A stretch of DNA of 64,000 bases from an uncultured Acidimicrobiia bacterium (GCA_963786955.1 CAWBAT010000006.1:512001-576000); one strand, 5' to 3'; positions 10,737 to 23,520 are shown, counted from the first letter of the stretch. The notes: generated from the letters alone by a model not told the origin. Made by a program: numbers and translations.

Positions 10737-11942
10737 ATGATCGATTTCGAATTAACCGAAGATCATTGCAGTGTTGAGAGCCTGGTCAAGAATTTCGTCA
10801 CAAACGAAATATCCCCCACCATCGCAGAAAATGATATCAACCATTATTTCGATCGTTCGATTCTCAAAAAAATGGCCGATCTTGGTTTACTTGGGATCTC
10901 CATCCCTTCCACCTATGGCGGGGCCGGATTTGACTACATCAGCCTTGGTCTGGCCTGTGAGGAGCTGGAATTCGGAGACACGTCCCTGAGAGTGATCCTG
11001 TCAGTCCATCTTGGCTTGAACGGTTTAACGCTGCTGAGCTGGGGAACCGAAGACCAGAAACGGCGTTTTCTTATCCCTCAGTCAAAAGGACTGGAAATCG
11101 CCTCTTTCGGAATGACCGAACCCGACGCAGGCAGTGATGTTGTCGGGCTACAATCCACTGCCCGACGTGACGGGCAAGAATACATTCTCAACGGAGAAAA
11201 GACCTGGATTTCTCTGGCCGACGTTGCTGATAACTTCCTGGTCATCGCCTGGACTGATCTGGATAAGAAGAAAGACCGGGACCATTCCGGCTTGAGCGCA
11301 TTCATCGTGGAGAGAAGCAGGCCTGGCTTTGCCAGTGGAACGCTGAAACAGAAATGGGGAATTCGAGCCGGCAACACGGGTTTTTTCTCGATGAATGATG
11401 TCCGCATTCCGGCCTCTAACCGCGTCGGTGAAGAAGGGGAGGGATTCAAGATTGCCATGTTTGCCCTGGAGCAAGGCCGGTATACCGTGGCGGCGGGCGC
11501 TACCGGACTCATTAAGGCGTGCCTGGAAGCCAGTAAGAAATACGCACTGGAGAGAAAGGCTTTTGGCAAATCTATTTCCGAACATCAACTCGTTAAAGAG
11601 ATGATTGCCCAGATGGTTTTGGACTATGAGGCCTCCCGGCTCCTCTGGCTTCGTAGCGGGTGGATGAAAAACCTTGGACGGCAGAACAATCGGGAAACCT
11701 CCCTCGCTAAGTGGTATGCGACCGTTGCCTCTGAGCGCGCAGCCTCCGATGCAGTGCAAATTCATGGAGCCTATGGTTACTCTGATGAGTACCCTGTGGG
11801 ACGCTTTTATCGAAACTGCAAAGGCGCCGTGATTTACGAAGGAACACGGGAAATTCATAAACTATTACAGGCGGACTATGCCCTCGGCTACCGAAAGGAC
11901 AAACCACGACGTTGCGGCTTGCCGCCATTTGTGGAATCCTAA
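10737..11942 (+). CDS. Acyl-CoA dehydrogenase
   Basis: FGMTEPDAGSD, LNGEKTWIS, GEEGEGFKIAM, AVQIHGAYGY and IYEGTREI. Confidence 0.92.
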   Translation: MIDFELTEDHCSVESLVKNFVTNEISPTIAENDINHYFDRSILKKMADLGLLGISIPSTYGGAGFDYISLGLACEELEFGDTSLRVILSVHLGLNGLTLLSWGTEDQKRRFLIPQSKGLEIASFGMTEPDAGSDVVGLQSTARRDGQEYILNGEKTWISLADVADNFLVIAWTDLDKKKDRDHSGLSAFIVERSRPGFASGTLKQKWGIRAGNTGFFSMNDVRIPASNRVGEEGEGFKIAMFALEQGRYTVAAGATGLIKACLEASKKYALERKAFGKSISEHQLVKEMIAQMVLDYEASRLLWLRSGWMKNLGRQNNRETSLAKWYATVASERAASDAVQIHGAYGYSDEYPVGRFYRNCKGAVIYEGTREIHKLLQADYALGYRKDKPRRCGLPPFVES

Positions 11943-12080
11943 AACGTTCCGCCCGGCTGAAGGGGGGATTGTACTGTAATCCTGAGGGAGTCCTGCTGCA
12001 ACAAGAGAATCTGAATGGATTGAGGGTGCTCAATCGAAAGCCTCATCTTGTCAGCATTTGACGATCCTGGAATAACAACC

Positions 12081-12518
12081 ATGCGTTGGGGACGGTATTT
12101 GATCTTACTGATAACTGCACTGACCTGGTGCTTTGCTATTATTTTCTTTCCCTGGCTCCTTCGCTCCGGATATCCAAAAGTTGCCGTGGCTATTTCGCTA
12201 TTTTTTTCTAAGCTTTGCCACCAGTTCGCCGCTCGATCATTCGAAATCGGGGGTTTGACCTTTCCAGTTTGTTCCCGTTGCTTCGCCTTATATACAGGAG
12301 CTTTAGCCGGGATTTTGGTCTCCCCAATTTTCAGGCAGATTAGCAGGCCACAGGCAATCCGTTTGCTGCTCTTCACCGGAATCAGTTTCACAGCATTGGA
12401 CATTGGCTTGGATGGGCTACACATCGTTTCAAACACGTTTTTCACCAGGGCCATTTCAGGGTCGATTCTCGGTTTGTCTATCGGGATTAGTCTTGGCATT
12501 GGCAATCCAAGGTTGTGA
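12081..12518 (+). CDS. DUF2085-like membrane protein
   Basis: LCHQFAARSF...PVCSRCFALYTG signature. Confidence 0.75.
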   Translation: MRWGRYLILLITALTWCFAIIFFPWLLRSGYPKVAVAISLFFSKLCHQFAARSFEIGGLTFPVCSRCFALYTGALAGILVSPIFRQISRPQAIRLLLFTGISFTALDIGLDGLHIVSNTFFTRAISGSILGLSIGISLGIGNPRL

Positions 12519-12547
12519 ATTTGAGTGGAAAGCAGGAAAACCTCTCG

Positions 12548-13383
12548 ATGCCCACTGACAAGAGAATGCTTCCCTCCACGTCTTTACTCCGACTCGGAAC
12601 ATCAGCCTGGAGCAATCCGAGCTGGGAGGGGGTGTTCTACCCTGTTGGTGCAAAGGCATCAGACTATCTTGGATTCTATGCTCAGAAATTCGATTGCGTT
12701 GAGATCGACAATAGCTTTTATCGTGTGCCCTCTGCTGCAATGGTCCAAAAATGGGCAGCCGATACGCCTCCTCATTTTTTGTTTACTGCCAAGGTGCCTC
12801 GAATCATCACCCACGATAAGGTGATGCAGGATTGTGGGGAGGATGTCCGTCAATTCCTCAAATCAATCTCCGGGCTCGGAAACAAATTGGGGCCCCTGTT
12901 GCTTCAATTTCCCTATTTCAATAAGCAGGCCTTTAGCAGCCGGCAAGGGTTCTTTAGGAAGCTGAAGGAGTTTCTTCCTCAACTCTCGGAAGAATTTCGC
13001 TGGGCCCTTGAGATCCGAAATAAGGCATGGATCTGCGCAGAATTTTTGGACCTTCTCAGGGAAAACAGGGTTTCTTTCACTTTAATCGACCAGTCCTGGA
13101 TGCCTCCAATTCAGCAGCTCTTTGGAAAGCAACAGCTGGAGACAGCAGACTTCGTTTACATTCGCTGGTTAGGGGACCGGAAAGGGATCGAAGAAATCAC
13201 GACTTCTTGGGATCGAGTGGTCGTGGACCGTAAAGTGGATCTAGAAATTGGGTAAGACCGGTACAAAGCTTCCTTGGAAAAGGGTTGCATGTCTACGGAT
13301 TCTTCAATAACCACTATGCCGGACATGCTCCCGCCAGCCTGGAAATGTTTCGAAGTCTATTACAGGATAGCGATCAGAGCTGA
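12548..13383 (+). CDS. DUF72 family protein (frameshift ~13250)
   Basis: LGTSAWS...W.GVFYP, VEIDNSFY, KVPRIITH, LGPLLLQFP, YIRWLG; the tail VYGFFNNHYAGHA lies in another frame. Confidence 0.85.
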
Positions 13384-15520
13384 CGGTGCTGGGATCGGCT
13401 GGGATTTGCGGGTTCGCGGCGGTTTCTTTTGAACCTGGTTAGACTCTTGGGCTAACAATTCCAGAGTGGCTTGGCTGTTTATGGGCCTAGAAAAATAATA
13501 TCCCTGACCGAATTCACAGCCCTGCAAACGAAGTTGATCCGCCTGCAGGGCTTCTTCAACCCCTTCTGCAACAACGTTGAGATTGAGGTGATGCGCCAGA
13601 GACACGATCGTGCGTACGAATTCCAGTTTTTTGGTTTCGGGGCCCATCTCGTGAATAAAACTCCGATCGATCTTGAGCGTCCCAACCGGGAAGCGGTGAA
13701 GATAGCTCAAAGAAGAATAGCCCGTTCCAAAGTCGTCAATGCTCAAATGAACTCCCATTTCTTTCAGGTGGGAAAGTTTTATGAGTCGAAGAATCGGTAT
13801 TCTCCATGAGAATGCTCTCGGTAATTTCGAGGTTCAACAAGTCCGGCGGTAATCCGGAATCCAAAAGGGTACGTTTCACCATTTCCACCAAATCAGCCCT
13901 CTGTATCTGCCGTCCTGAAAGATTGACACTCATATTGAGCGGAAAGCATTCCGGAAATTGCTTGCGCCAGCTGCTCATTTGCAGGCAAGCCTCTCGCAAT
14001 ACCCATTCGCCTAAAGGAATGATCAATCCTGTTTCCTCGGCAAGCGAAATGAAATCTGCTGGAAAAACTAAGCCTTGGGTTGGATGATTCCAACGGACCA
14101 GTGCCTCGAACCCTTTGGTTCGACCGGTCTTGAGGCATACAACCGGCTGGTAAAAGTTCTCGAATTCCCCGCGTTCTACGGCATGGCGAAGATCCGCTTC
14201 CAGCCTCAGCCGCTCTAACGCTCGAGCCCGCATTTTCGTATCGAACATCTCATAACCTCCCCGACAAGCGGCCTTGGCCCGATTCATGGCCATTTCCGCA
14301 TCCCGGAGTAGGTCTTCCGGCCGATCATAACCGGTCACACTCAGTGCAATTCCGATGCTCGCAGAGCCAAAAATCTCCTGTCCATTGATCTGAAAGGGAC
14401 ATTTTAGACTCTCTAAGATCCGATCTGCCACTAACGTGGCATCGCCAAAATACTTGATGTCTTCCAGATGGACCGTAAATTCGTCTCCCCCCATCCGAGC
14501 CACAGTGTCCCCAGGACGCAGGCACGACTGGATCCGCGCGGACAATTCGATCAGAAATTGATCTCCAATCGCGTGCCCCATTCCATCATTGACCGCTTTA
14601 AACCGATCGATATCGAGAAAGAGGATGGCAAACAGATAATCGCTGTGGCGCTTGGCTCGCACCAGTGAACGTCCCAGGCGGTCCATGAAAAGGAGCGATT
14701 GGGTAAGCCTGTCAGGGCATCGGCCATCTTGTTGTGCGTAAAGTCAGACAGAGAACCCGCCACACGTGTCGGATTCCCATCCTTTTCCCGGGCAGCCAGC
14801 CCCTGCGCATAGACCCATCGATAGAATCCATCGCTATGTAGCAGCCGATGCTCACTTTCCCAAAAAGGGGTTTGTCCTGATAGATGAGCGTCGAGTTCGC
14901 CTTTTACTCTGTCCTGATCCAGGGGATGAATTCGCCCGAACCAGGCCTCCGGATCGTTCCCAATGCCTTCCGGTTTGTATCCTAAAATGCCCGCCCATCG
15001 CGGAGAGAAATTGACTTTTCCTGTCTTCAAATTCCAGTCCCAGATGCCGTCTTTGGAACCGGCTACAGCCAGAGTGAAACGTTCCCGGGTTTCTTTCAGG
15101 GCTTCTACGGATTGCCTGCGTTTGATCTGAGCCTGAATTCTGAACAGGGCGAGCGGGACATCGACTGGTGTCTCTATGACCTCATTGGCTCCCCATTGGA
15201 AAATTTCTAGACGCTGCTTCCCTTGTTGATGGTAAAGAACAATGACAGGAAGGCTCATGGAGTCAAAATGTTGGCGGATCTCCTGTAACAAGGCATGCAC
15301 ACTTTCCTGGACTGCGCTGGAGAGACAAATAGGACAAGATCGAATCTTGTCCCGATCGATAATTCAAGGGCCCGGCCTATTTCGCTAGCAAACGTCAGCG
15401 TAAAACCTTCCAGTGCCAGGCGTCCGCCAATTCAGTTTTTTTCAGATCGTCGCCATTGATAACCAGGATCGAGTTTCCGCGGGTTTGCTTTAAACCTAAA
15501 TTTATCGCTGAATGATCCAT
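13360..15520 (-). CDS. REC-like/PAS/GGDEF/EAL c-di-GMP signalling protein (several frameshifts)
   Basis: DGIWDWNL PAS region, DALTGLPNR, GGDEF, YQP...GFEALVRW, LEITES, IDDFGTGYSSL and AEGVE across ORFs 14551..15300, 13736..14686 and 13360..13758. Confidence 0.88.
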
Positions 15521-15755
15521 CTTTATTCGAATGTATACGGCTATTAAATTTTGGCTGGCTCGGGCTCTGAATTCGCTATCCGAGTGAAAGGCACAACACT
15601 TACAACTTCATCCGATCGACCGTTGTTCCGGCCTAACATTAAGTAATTGTGCAGGATGTAAGCCGGGATGACACATCATTCCTGGAGGGCGGAGTTCCAC
15701 GACGCCGCAGCGCCCGCTCCACCTCTGCAGGAAGCTCCAAGTTGCCTCAATGAAT

Positions 15756-18531
15756 TTAGCTTTTGGAATACTTAGGAGGAGAATCCGAAGTTGAACCCGA
15801 TGGAGAGAGCCTGTATACTTCAGGATATTTCATGGGATCGCGTCTTAAGTCTGGAAATTCCCCAAACGCATCGACAATGATGACTTCTCCCAAATTCAAG
15901 TCACGAATCGACTTTTCGATCTGAGTCAAGTCACCTACAAGCACGGCGATCGCCTTGTCGCGATTGATGTATTTACTGGCCGCTTCGTTGACTTCATCCA
16001 GGGTAATAGCTTCAATGAACTCGGGGTATTTCTGGATCTCCTCTAACGGCAAGTCAAACGAAACCGGGTCAACAGCTTGATCCACAATTCGGCCTAACGT
16101 CTCAAATCGTTGAGAAAATCCGCGGATCAGGTTAGTTTTGGCCATGTCGAGCTCTTCAGAGGTGACGGGTCTGGAACTATTGATGTCACTGAATTCCTTT
16201 ACCAATTCCCTCAGAGTCTCTCCCGTAAACCGAGTTTGCACCCCCGTAGCCGCTACCCAGAACCCGAGATCGCGCCCAAACGCAAAAGCTGAAGAAGCCC
16301 CATAGGTATACCCTTTGTCTTCACGTAGGTTCAGGTTCAGCCGGCTGGAAAAGGAACCGCCCATCACGGTATTCAATAACTCAATGGCATGATGATCAGT
16401 CGTCTTGCGTTTTGGGCCGACCGAGCCGAGGCGAATCTGAGATTGAGGCGCGTCCTGTCTGTCGACCAGATAGATACGCAGGTTTTTAGGAGGGCTCACG
16501 ATGGGAATCTCAATCTTGGGCACCTCAATCGGAGACCATTTCCCGAGCCAGTCTTCGGACAGCCTGACCGCCTCTTCCAAACGAATATCGCCAGCAAAAA
16601 TAAGCGCAGCATGATTCGGCTTCCAAAACCGCTGATAATATTTTAACAAATGCTCTCGCGAAATTGCCTGAATCGAAGCTTCATTCCCGGCGACTTCTTT
16701 TCCATACGGATGATGAGCTCCAAATAACAATGAACGAAAGAGCTTTCTGGCAATGGAGGCGGGGTTGTTTCGCTCTTGGAGAATATCGTCCAGACGCAAT
16801 TTCTTCTGCCTTTCCAATTCAGAGTCGGGAAAAGAAGGGTTGAGCACAATGTCAGCCATCAGTTCCATGGCTGGCGCCAGATGCTTTTGAAGAGTGTCGA
16901 GACTGACTTCCGAGTTTTCCAATTCTCCGGAGGTCCCGAGAACCGCGCCCATTCGATCCAAAGCCGCCTGGATTTCCAACGCGGAGCGACTTTCGTGCCT
17001 TCGTCAAGCATCTCGGCCGTCATCCAGGCTTCTCCGGGAAACCCCGTCTCATCTCCTGTTCCTCCCGCCTTTACCAGGAGGCCTACCGCTACTTTCGGCA
17101 ACTCATGCCTTTCGGAGACGATGACCCTAAGCCCATTCGGGTAGCTTATGGGTTTTGAAGGTCGGCGGATGAAACTGCTTTTTCTCCCCTATCGACGGGT
17201 GGCAAAGTCCTGTCAATTTCCGCGGCGGCTGGACGCTGTGAATATTCCGGGACAAAAGTCACGACCAACCGCTGGGCTGTATCAAGGTACTGACCCACGG
17301 CCTGCCGAATCGCATCAGCCGAAACACCCTGGTACCGGGCATAGTCCTCTTCAAAATAATTTGGCGCGCCCAGGAATGTATTGTACTGGTTCAGCAGATC
17401 TGACTTGCCTCCAAAACCTCCAATCCGTTCCAACCCGCTGATAAATTCATATTCCTGCTTGGCCTGCTCTCTTAAGAGTTCCTCTTCAGAAGGCCCTTCC
17501 ACAGCAAACCGGCCAATTTCTTCCCTGATGCTTCTCTTTAGTTCTTCCGGGCTTTCCCCTGGCCTTGCCGTAGCAACTACTCCAAACAATCCGGCGATTT
17601 CCAGAGAATAATTGAAGGCGGAAACATCCGAAGCAATTTGCCGGTCATAGACTAACGATTTATAAAGTCGAGAGTTTTTTCCCTGAGAAAGAATTCTCGA
17701 CGCCAGATCCAATTCCGCATCGCCAGCCTGAAAATACCCGGGTGTAGGCCAGACAATGTAGATCCGCTCTTGGGGGACTCGATCAAACACTTCGATTCTT
17801 TTTTCCCCATCCAACCGTGGCACCCAATTTCTGGGTCTCTCCAATGCAGGTCCAGGGGAAAGAGGACCAAAATAGCGATCCACCAAGCGCTTCACCTCAT
17901 CGACCTCAAAATCTCCCGCCACCACCAGACTGCAGTTGTTAGGGGTATAGTACGTGTTGAAGAATTCCTTCACATCTTCCACCGATGCGGCATCCAGATC
18001 CTCCTGAGACCCGATCACGAGCCAGGAATACGGGTGCCCCTTGGGAAACAGATTCTCAAAAACCATTTGTAGCGCGCGCCCGTAAGGAACATTCTCATAA
18101 CTTTGACGCCGTTCGTTCTTGACCACGTCTCTTTGGTTATTGAATTTCTCCTGAGTAAGGGCGTCGGTCAGAAATCCCATCCGATCCGATTCCAACCACA
18201 AAACATATTCCAACCCTTCACGGGGCACGGTTTCGAAATAATTCGTGCGATCGAAACTGGTTGTGCCGTTGACCCCGCCCTCTCGTAAGTTGGCGCCGGC
18301 CTCCTCAACATAAGTGATGTACGCGGCGTCGGCATTCTTTGACCCCTGAAACATCATGTGCTCAAACAGATGGGCAAACCCTGTCCGGCCAGGTTTTTCA
18401 TTTTTCGATCCGACGTGATACCAGAGATTGACGTGAACCACCGGGAGCTTTCGATCCTGATGCAGAATGACTTGTAAGCCATTATCAAGGCGATATTTTT
18501 CAAACGGAATATGAAGTTTTAGTTGAGACAA
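15756..18531 (-). CDS. M16 (pitrilysin-family) zinc protease with four M16 subdomains (frameshifts ~16980 and ~17150)
   Basis: GFAHLFEHMMF inverted HxxEH motif and NGTTSFDRTNY; second half GGSFSSRLNLNLREDKGYTYG. Confidence 0.9.
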
Positions 18532-18546
18532 AATGAAACCTCCGAA

Positions 18547-20185
18547 TTATGGATATACCTTCCCCTTAAGCCCTTTCACAAACCCGCGCAGTATAGGTGA
18601 AATGTCTCCCTTCTCCAAACGAACATCGAGCAGAGTAAAGCCGGACTCCTCCCAGGCGGAAGCGAGGCTCACTTGTAATTCTTTCGGCGTTTTCACTTCA
18701 AAACCCCTTCCCTCCCCATAGTTCGGCCAATTTTCGCAAAGGGCCAAGCGACCGTTTCATTATATTGAGCATGGGGAAAGAAAGACTGAAGCATCTCCCA
18801 GCGACTGTTATTAAAAAGGATGATGATGGGGTTAAGGCCGTATTGGACAGAATGTGAGATTTCGCAGCCAGTCATCTGAAATGCCCCATCTCCCACGAGG
18901 ACCAGCGGCCTCTGCCCGCTGGTAATCTGTAGCCCCATCGCCCCTGGAATCGCGAACCCCATCGTCGCATAAAATGCCGGCGCAATACATTGGTTCGAGC
19001 GGATGTCCACAGCGGCGAAAAGGCAGTCTCCTACGTCGGAGACAACCGGCATTTCTGGATGAAGGTCCAGAAAATCATTTAAGATGTGAATCAGGTGGTT
19101 CACCCGAATCGGCTCGTCCGGAAGGAAAGGCCCAAAAACTTCAGGCGAGAGACTCATTTTCCATTCCGGCAGAAAGCGCTTTTTGGTGGGAAGCACGGAT
19201 GACTCGAGGAGTCGATCGACCAGCAAATCAAGGGGAACATCATGGTAGACATTTTCGTTGATGGTGACATTGCGAGAAACACAAAGGATCGTTTTTGCGG
19301 GGTTAATGGAGTCCGGCGGAATCCCGAGACTGACGTCGGTCATCAAGACACCGAGCATGAGGAGACAGTCTGAGTTTTCGACGATCTGTCGCATGGGCTC
19401 TGGACTGACCGTTCCCAAATAGGTTCCGATGAATTGCTCATGGCGAATCGGGAATGCCCCTCGTCCCAGAAAAGAAGAGGCGACAGGGATCTTGAGCTTT
19501 TCAGCCAGTCGAAGGATCTTATCTTGCAGCTTGAAGCGATGCGCTTCAACACCAACCAGCAGCACCGGCTGCTGACTTGCTTGAAATCGCAGGACAATCT
19601 CATGGCTTGCCTGCTCGAGAGCGCCCTCATTGACCTTCAGTTCCACGTCTCCGAAATCCCCGCCGCACTCAATCTCTGCAAATACCATATCGCGAGGGAC
19701 TTCCAGATAAACAGGGCGTTTAAATTCAGGGCGCAGGCGATCGCCCGGCGGATATGAAGCGAAGCCGTCTGGGGATCGTCCAGGATGGCTCCATATTCGA
19801 CAACCTCCCGGTAGACGTTCAACGGAGTTTCAAATGATTTCACTTGGTGATGAACTAAGATCCCGGAATGTTTCTCCTTCTTCCCTGGCCCGCCGGAAAT
19901 GACAACTAAAGGAGACAATTCCGCGTAGGCGCAAGCGACGGCATTCAGCATATTCAAGCTCCCTGCCCCATAAGTCACGCAGCACACCCCTAATCCATTG
20001 GAAATCCGCGCGGAAGCATCGGCGGCAAAACCGACGGCAGGTTCATGGCTGAGAGTTACCAGCTGAAACCTTCCATAAAGACTCAGCGCTTCGTATAAGT
20101 AGAGCGCAAAATCGCCCGGAATGCCGAAAATCTGCCGGACGCCATTGCCATGAAGTTCATTGAAGAGGAATTCGTAGAGCTTCAT
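18547..20185 (-). CDS. ipdC: Thiamine-diphosphate-dependent indolepyruvate/phenylpyruvate decarboxylase (frameshifted)
   Basis: FGIPGDFAL, HEPAVGFAADA, VTYGAG and the TPP motif GDGAFQMTG...NN.RWEML. Confidence 0.8.
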
Positions 20186-20327
20186 TTGTTTTTTCCAGAT
20201 CAGAATATAGAAGGGAATCCGAGGAATCTCAAGTGATTGAGATCGATCTTGTATCGAAAGAACAAGGGCAGTTTAACACACAGAGAGGCGGGCTTTTAGT
20301 GTCTGTAAATATCCCGTGATGAATGCT

Positions 20328-20475
20328 GCGGGTGGCACAGACATGCGCTTTTTGCATGTCTGTGTGAAATGAGATTAGCAATGTCAGAATCAAGGGGGCG
20401 AACATCCACTCGGTTCCTCAAGCCACTTTCCTGTCCAAATCGAAGACATCACACTATGATGTCTTCGACACCCGC
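20328..20475. repeat. Palindromic element family B (GCGGGTGGCACAGACATGC...GCATGTCTGTG ... GAAGACATC...GATGTCTTC..CACCCGC)
   Basis: Two internal hairpins and inverted GCGGGTG/CACCCGC ends; recurs at 22426-22686. Confidence 0.8.
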
Positions 20476-20486
20476 GGTAACCTCTA

Positions 20487-22379
20487 TCAATGAAAAGCGC
20501 GGCTGTCGAGTTTCAGAAAAACTGCATCAAGGTGGGATCGAGCTTCTTTCATTTCGGGTGCTAACCGTATGGCCTCTTGATAGGCTCTTGACGCTCCGGT
20601 GAAATCACGTTTATCTTCCAAGATACGTCCAATCCAGAAGCTAGCCGCGGCTGACGGCGCAATCTGCGCCGCGCGAGAGAAATCGCTCAACGCAGCATCG
20701 AGATTGCCTTGCTGGTACTCTACAGAACCTCTTCCTAAGAAACTGCTCTGCTTATTGGGATTGATTCGGATCGCGGCATCAAACTGAGAGATCGCCTCGG
20801 CTGCTTGATTAAGCTGCATGAGGAGTGCCCCGAGGTTGTTGTGGGCCTGGGCGAGTTCGGTAGGGTCGGAACCGTAGGATAAGGCTGTTTCATATTCATG
20901 TTTGGCTTCATCCAACCGGTTCTGGGAGTGGAGCAGAGTGGCAAGATTGTAGTGCGCGATCGACATCCGGGGTGCGATTTGGATGGCCGCTCTGAAATGC
21001 GGATCTGCTAGCTCGGGGTTCCCCATTTCCATAAGGGCAACCCCGAGATTATCTTCAGCGATAGCGCTCCTGCTCGTTATTTGCACAGCATGGGAGAAAA
21101 GGGTGTAGCTATTCCGCCAGTAGGTTATTTGACGATAGGAAACAGTTGCATAGCCAAAGAGAACGGCAAAGACGAAGCCTAGCGAAATGGCACGACCGAG
21201 CTTCATTCTCGCGGCCAGACTAGCAGCCGACCAAACTACCATGACAAATAACCCAAGGGAAGGAATATAGGCATAGCGATCTGCCATGGCCTGACGGCCC
21301 ACTTGCACAATGCCGATCACCGGCACTAACGTACCAAGATACCAAAGCCATCCCACTAGGAGTTCACGTTCTCTGCGGTAATGCCACACTAAGGCAGTGA
21401 CTCCTATCAGTATCGCTGTCGACAACGCGACTACCCACCAGGCGAGAGAATTTTCCGGATGGGGGTAGAACACAGCCAGGTTGGAAGGAAAGATTTCTTT
21501 AAGGATATAATCTAGATACGAATAGAGTGCATTCTCAATTCTCCAATTCAGGGGGAGTAAAACTGTGCTGCCAATAGCTCCATCTTTATGTTGGGCATAT
21601 ACTGTAATCCATGCACTGGCCACGGACATGGCAAACAACGGACTTTTTTCCAGGATCAGCCCGAAGAGCGGGATACCCGATTGAGATTCTGCCATGGAAT
21701 CCGGATCACCCAAACCGAACCGCCTCAAGGGCCAATAGTCCAATAAGAGAAGCATGAAGGGGAAGGTCACAATCATGGGCTTGGACATAAGGCCCAATCC
21801 AAAAAACAAGATCACGCCGAGATAACTAGCGGCTCCCTTCCGCCGCGTATATGAACCATAAGCCCAAAATGCAAGAAGCATAAACAATGTGCAGAGCAGG
21901 GTCTTGCGGTCGGAGACCCACGCGACCGACTCCACGTTCAACGGATGAAGGGCGAAGAGTGCGGCGACCACAGCACTTTGAGGAAGGCAACCGGTTGCTT
22001 TGTGCAGTAGCAAGAATAAGAGAACCACGTTGCACAGATGCAATATCACATTTGTTAAATGATGGCCGGACGGATTCATCCCGAAAAATTCCACGTCAGC
22101 CATGTGAGAGATCCACGTGACAGGATGCCAGTTGGCTTCCATAGTGGTGCTGAAAGCCCAGGAAAGATTGGCCCAGGAAAGGCCCTGGCGAACGTGAAGG
22201 TTTGAAGTTACGTACGCGGGATCATCGTAATTGATAAAGCCGTTTCGTAGAGAGGATTGATAGAGGATCAGGACAGCCAATGCAAGCGCAACCCCGACCA
22301 GAAATTGTGTTGTGTGCGGGGATCGTATGATGAGCGCAAAAGTGCGTGAGTTAGAGCGCTCAGGCCGGGTTTGTAACAT
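20487..22379 (-). CDS. TMTC-like multi-TM (GT-C fold) protein with C-terminal TPR repeats
   Basis: YDD..YV, NWHPVTWISH, FALHPLNVESVAW, QVG.QAMADRYAY, followed by TPRs. Confidence 0.8.
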   Translation of the reverse strand: MLQTRPERSNSRTFALIIRSPHTTQFLVGVALALAVLILYQSSLRNGFINYDDPAYVTSNLHVRQGLSWANLSWAFSTTMEANWHPVTWISHMADVEFFGMNPSGHHLTNVILHLCNVVLLFLLLHKATGCLPQSAVVAALFALHPLNVESVAWVSDRKTLLCTLFMLLAFWAYGSYTRRKGAASYLGVILFFGLGLMSKPMIVTFPFMLLLLDYWPLRRFGLGDPDSMAESQSGIPLFGLILEKSPLFAMSVASAWITVYAQHKDGAIGSTVLLPLNWRIENALYSYLDYILKEIFPSNLAVFYPHPENSLAWWVVALSTAILIGVTALVWHYRRERELLVGWLWYLGTLVPVIGIVQVGRQAMADRYAYIPSLGLFVMVVWSAASLAARMKLGRAISLGFVFAVLFGYATVSYRQITYWRNSYTLFSHAVQITSRSAIAEDNLGVALMEMGNPELADPHFRAAIQIAPRMSIAHYNLATLLHSQNRLDEAKHEYETALSYGSDPTELAQAHNNLGALLMQLNQAAEAISQFDAAIRINPNKQSSFLGRGSVEYQQGNLDAALSDFSRAAQIAPSAAASFWIGRILEDKRDFTGASRAYQEAIRLAPEMKEARSHLDAVFLKLDSRAFH

Positions 22380-22425
22380 ACTTAATCACCCATTTTAGAA
22401 ATGAAGACGACCGAGGCCCCGTTCC

Positions 22426-22686
22426 GCAGGTGGCACCGATAGGTGTTTTCTGCATGTCTGTGTGAAATGGCATTCTGAATGACCAAATAGGTTCATCAAC
22501 AATGTAATAGGGTCATCGAAGACATCACAAAGCGATGTCTCCACCACCCGCACTCCCCAAGGGTGGCACAGACATGTGCTTTCTGCATGTCTGTGGGAAA
22601 TGGCATTCTGAATGACCAAATAGGTTCATCAATAATGTAATAGGGTCATCGAAGACATCACAAAGCGATGTCTTCACCACCCGCAC
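22426..22686. repeat. Tandem duplication (~132-bp period) of palindromic element family B
   Basis: Two near-identical copies at about 22426-22551 and 22561-22686. Confidence 0.9.
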
Positions 22687-22801
22687 TTGTCGTCGACAAC
22701 TAATTCATAATTGGCATTTTCATTCAGCCAGAATTTGGACCCCTGTTCCATCGATGTTATACTTCTACCGCGTTAGAAACCAATCATGAAAGGGAATCTA
22801 G

Positions 22802-23520
22802 ATGGACCTTACCGCTATTTCCAAACAGCTTACCGACGCGATTGGACTTTCGTCTGCACCGATCGCTCTTTCTTTTCTGGATGAGGTTCCTCGAGGAATC
22901 ACTGGTATTCGACTCGAAGGTCCCATCCGCCTGTACCTTTTGGACTCGTGCCGAAAAGGGTTTATTCTTCGCCGGCGCTGAAGACCATGAGAATTGTCCA
23001 GTCGGAACTCTAACTATGGGTTTTCCGCTCCACGAAAAAGTGATGTCCTCCCTCCAAGAGTTCGTCGCAAAAATGTGTCATGCCTGCCTATATTGGAGCC
23101 AAGGAACCCGAATCAATTCCCAGATACAAGAACGAGAAGAAAGGCATTTTGTATGGCCCACTCGGCATTTTTCCCCAAATACCGGACCTTTGTCTAATAT
23201 GGGTGAACGGCCGCCAAGCCATGCTCCTGGAAGAAGCCTTGGGGACGGTCTGCTGGGATGCCATTCAACGCTCTGAAGCGTTTGGCAGACCCGCCTGCGC
23301 AGCACTGGCAGTTACGCTGAACGAAAACAGAACAACACTCTCGTTTGGCTGTTCCGGAATGAGGACTTTCACCGACATCGGAGATGACATGTTACTTCTC
23401 TCAATTCCGGGAGCAATGCTCGAAACTCTTTCTGAACGGCTTCGGGCAACGATGAGCGCCAACGAGGAAATGCTCTCATTTTACCGGCAACATCGCCAAC
23501 AATTCCCAGCCTCGATATGA
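22802..23520 (+). CDS. DUF169 family protein (frameshifted)
   Basis: ACTFW..A, D..CPVG...G, YGPL, RPACA and SFGC.G.R.FT.I. Confidence 0.75.
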
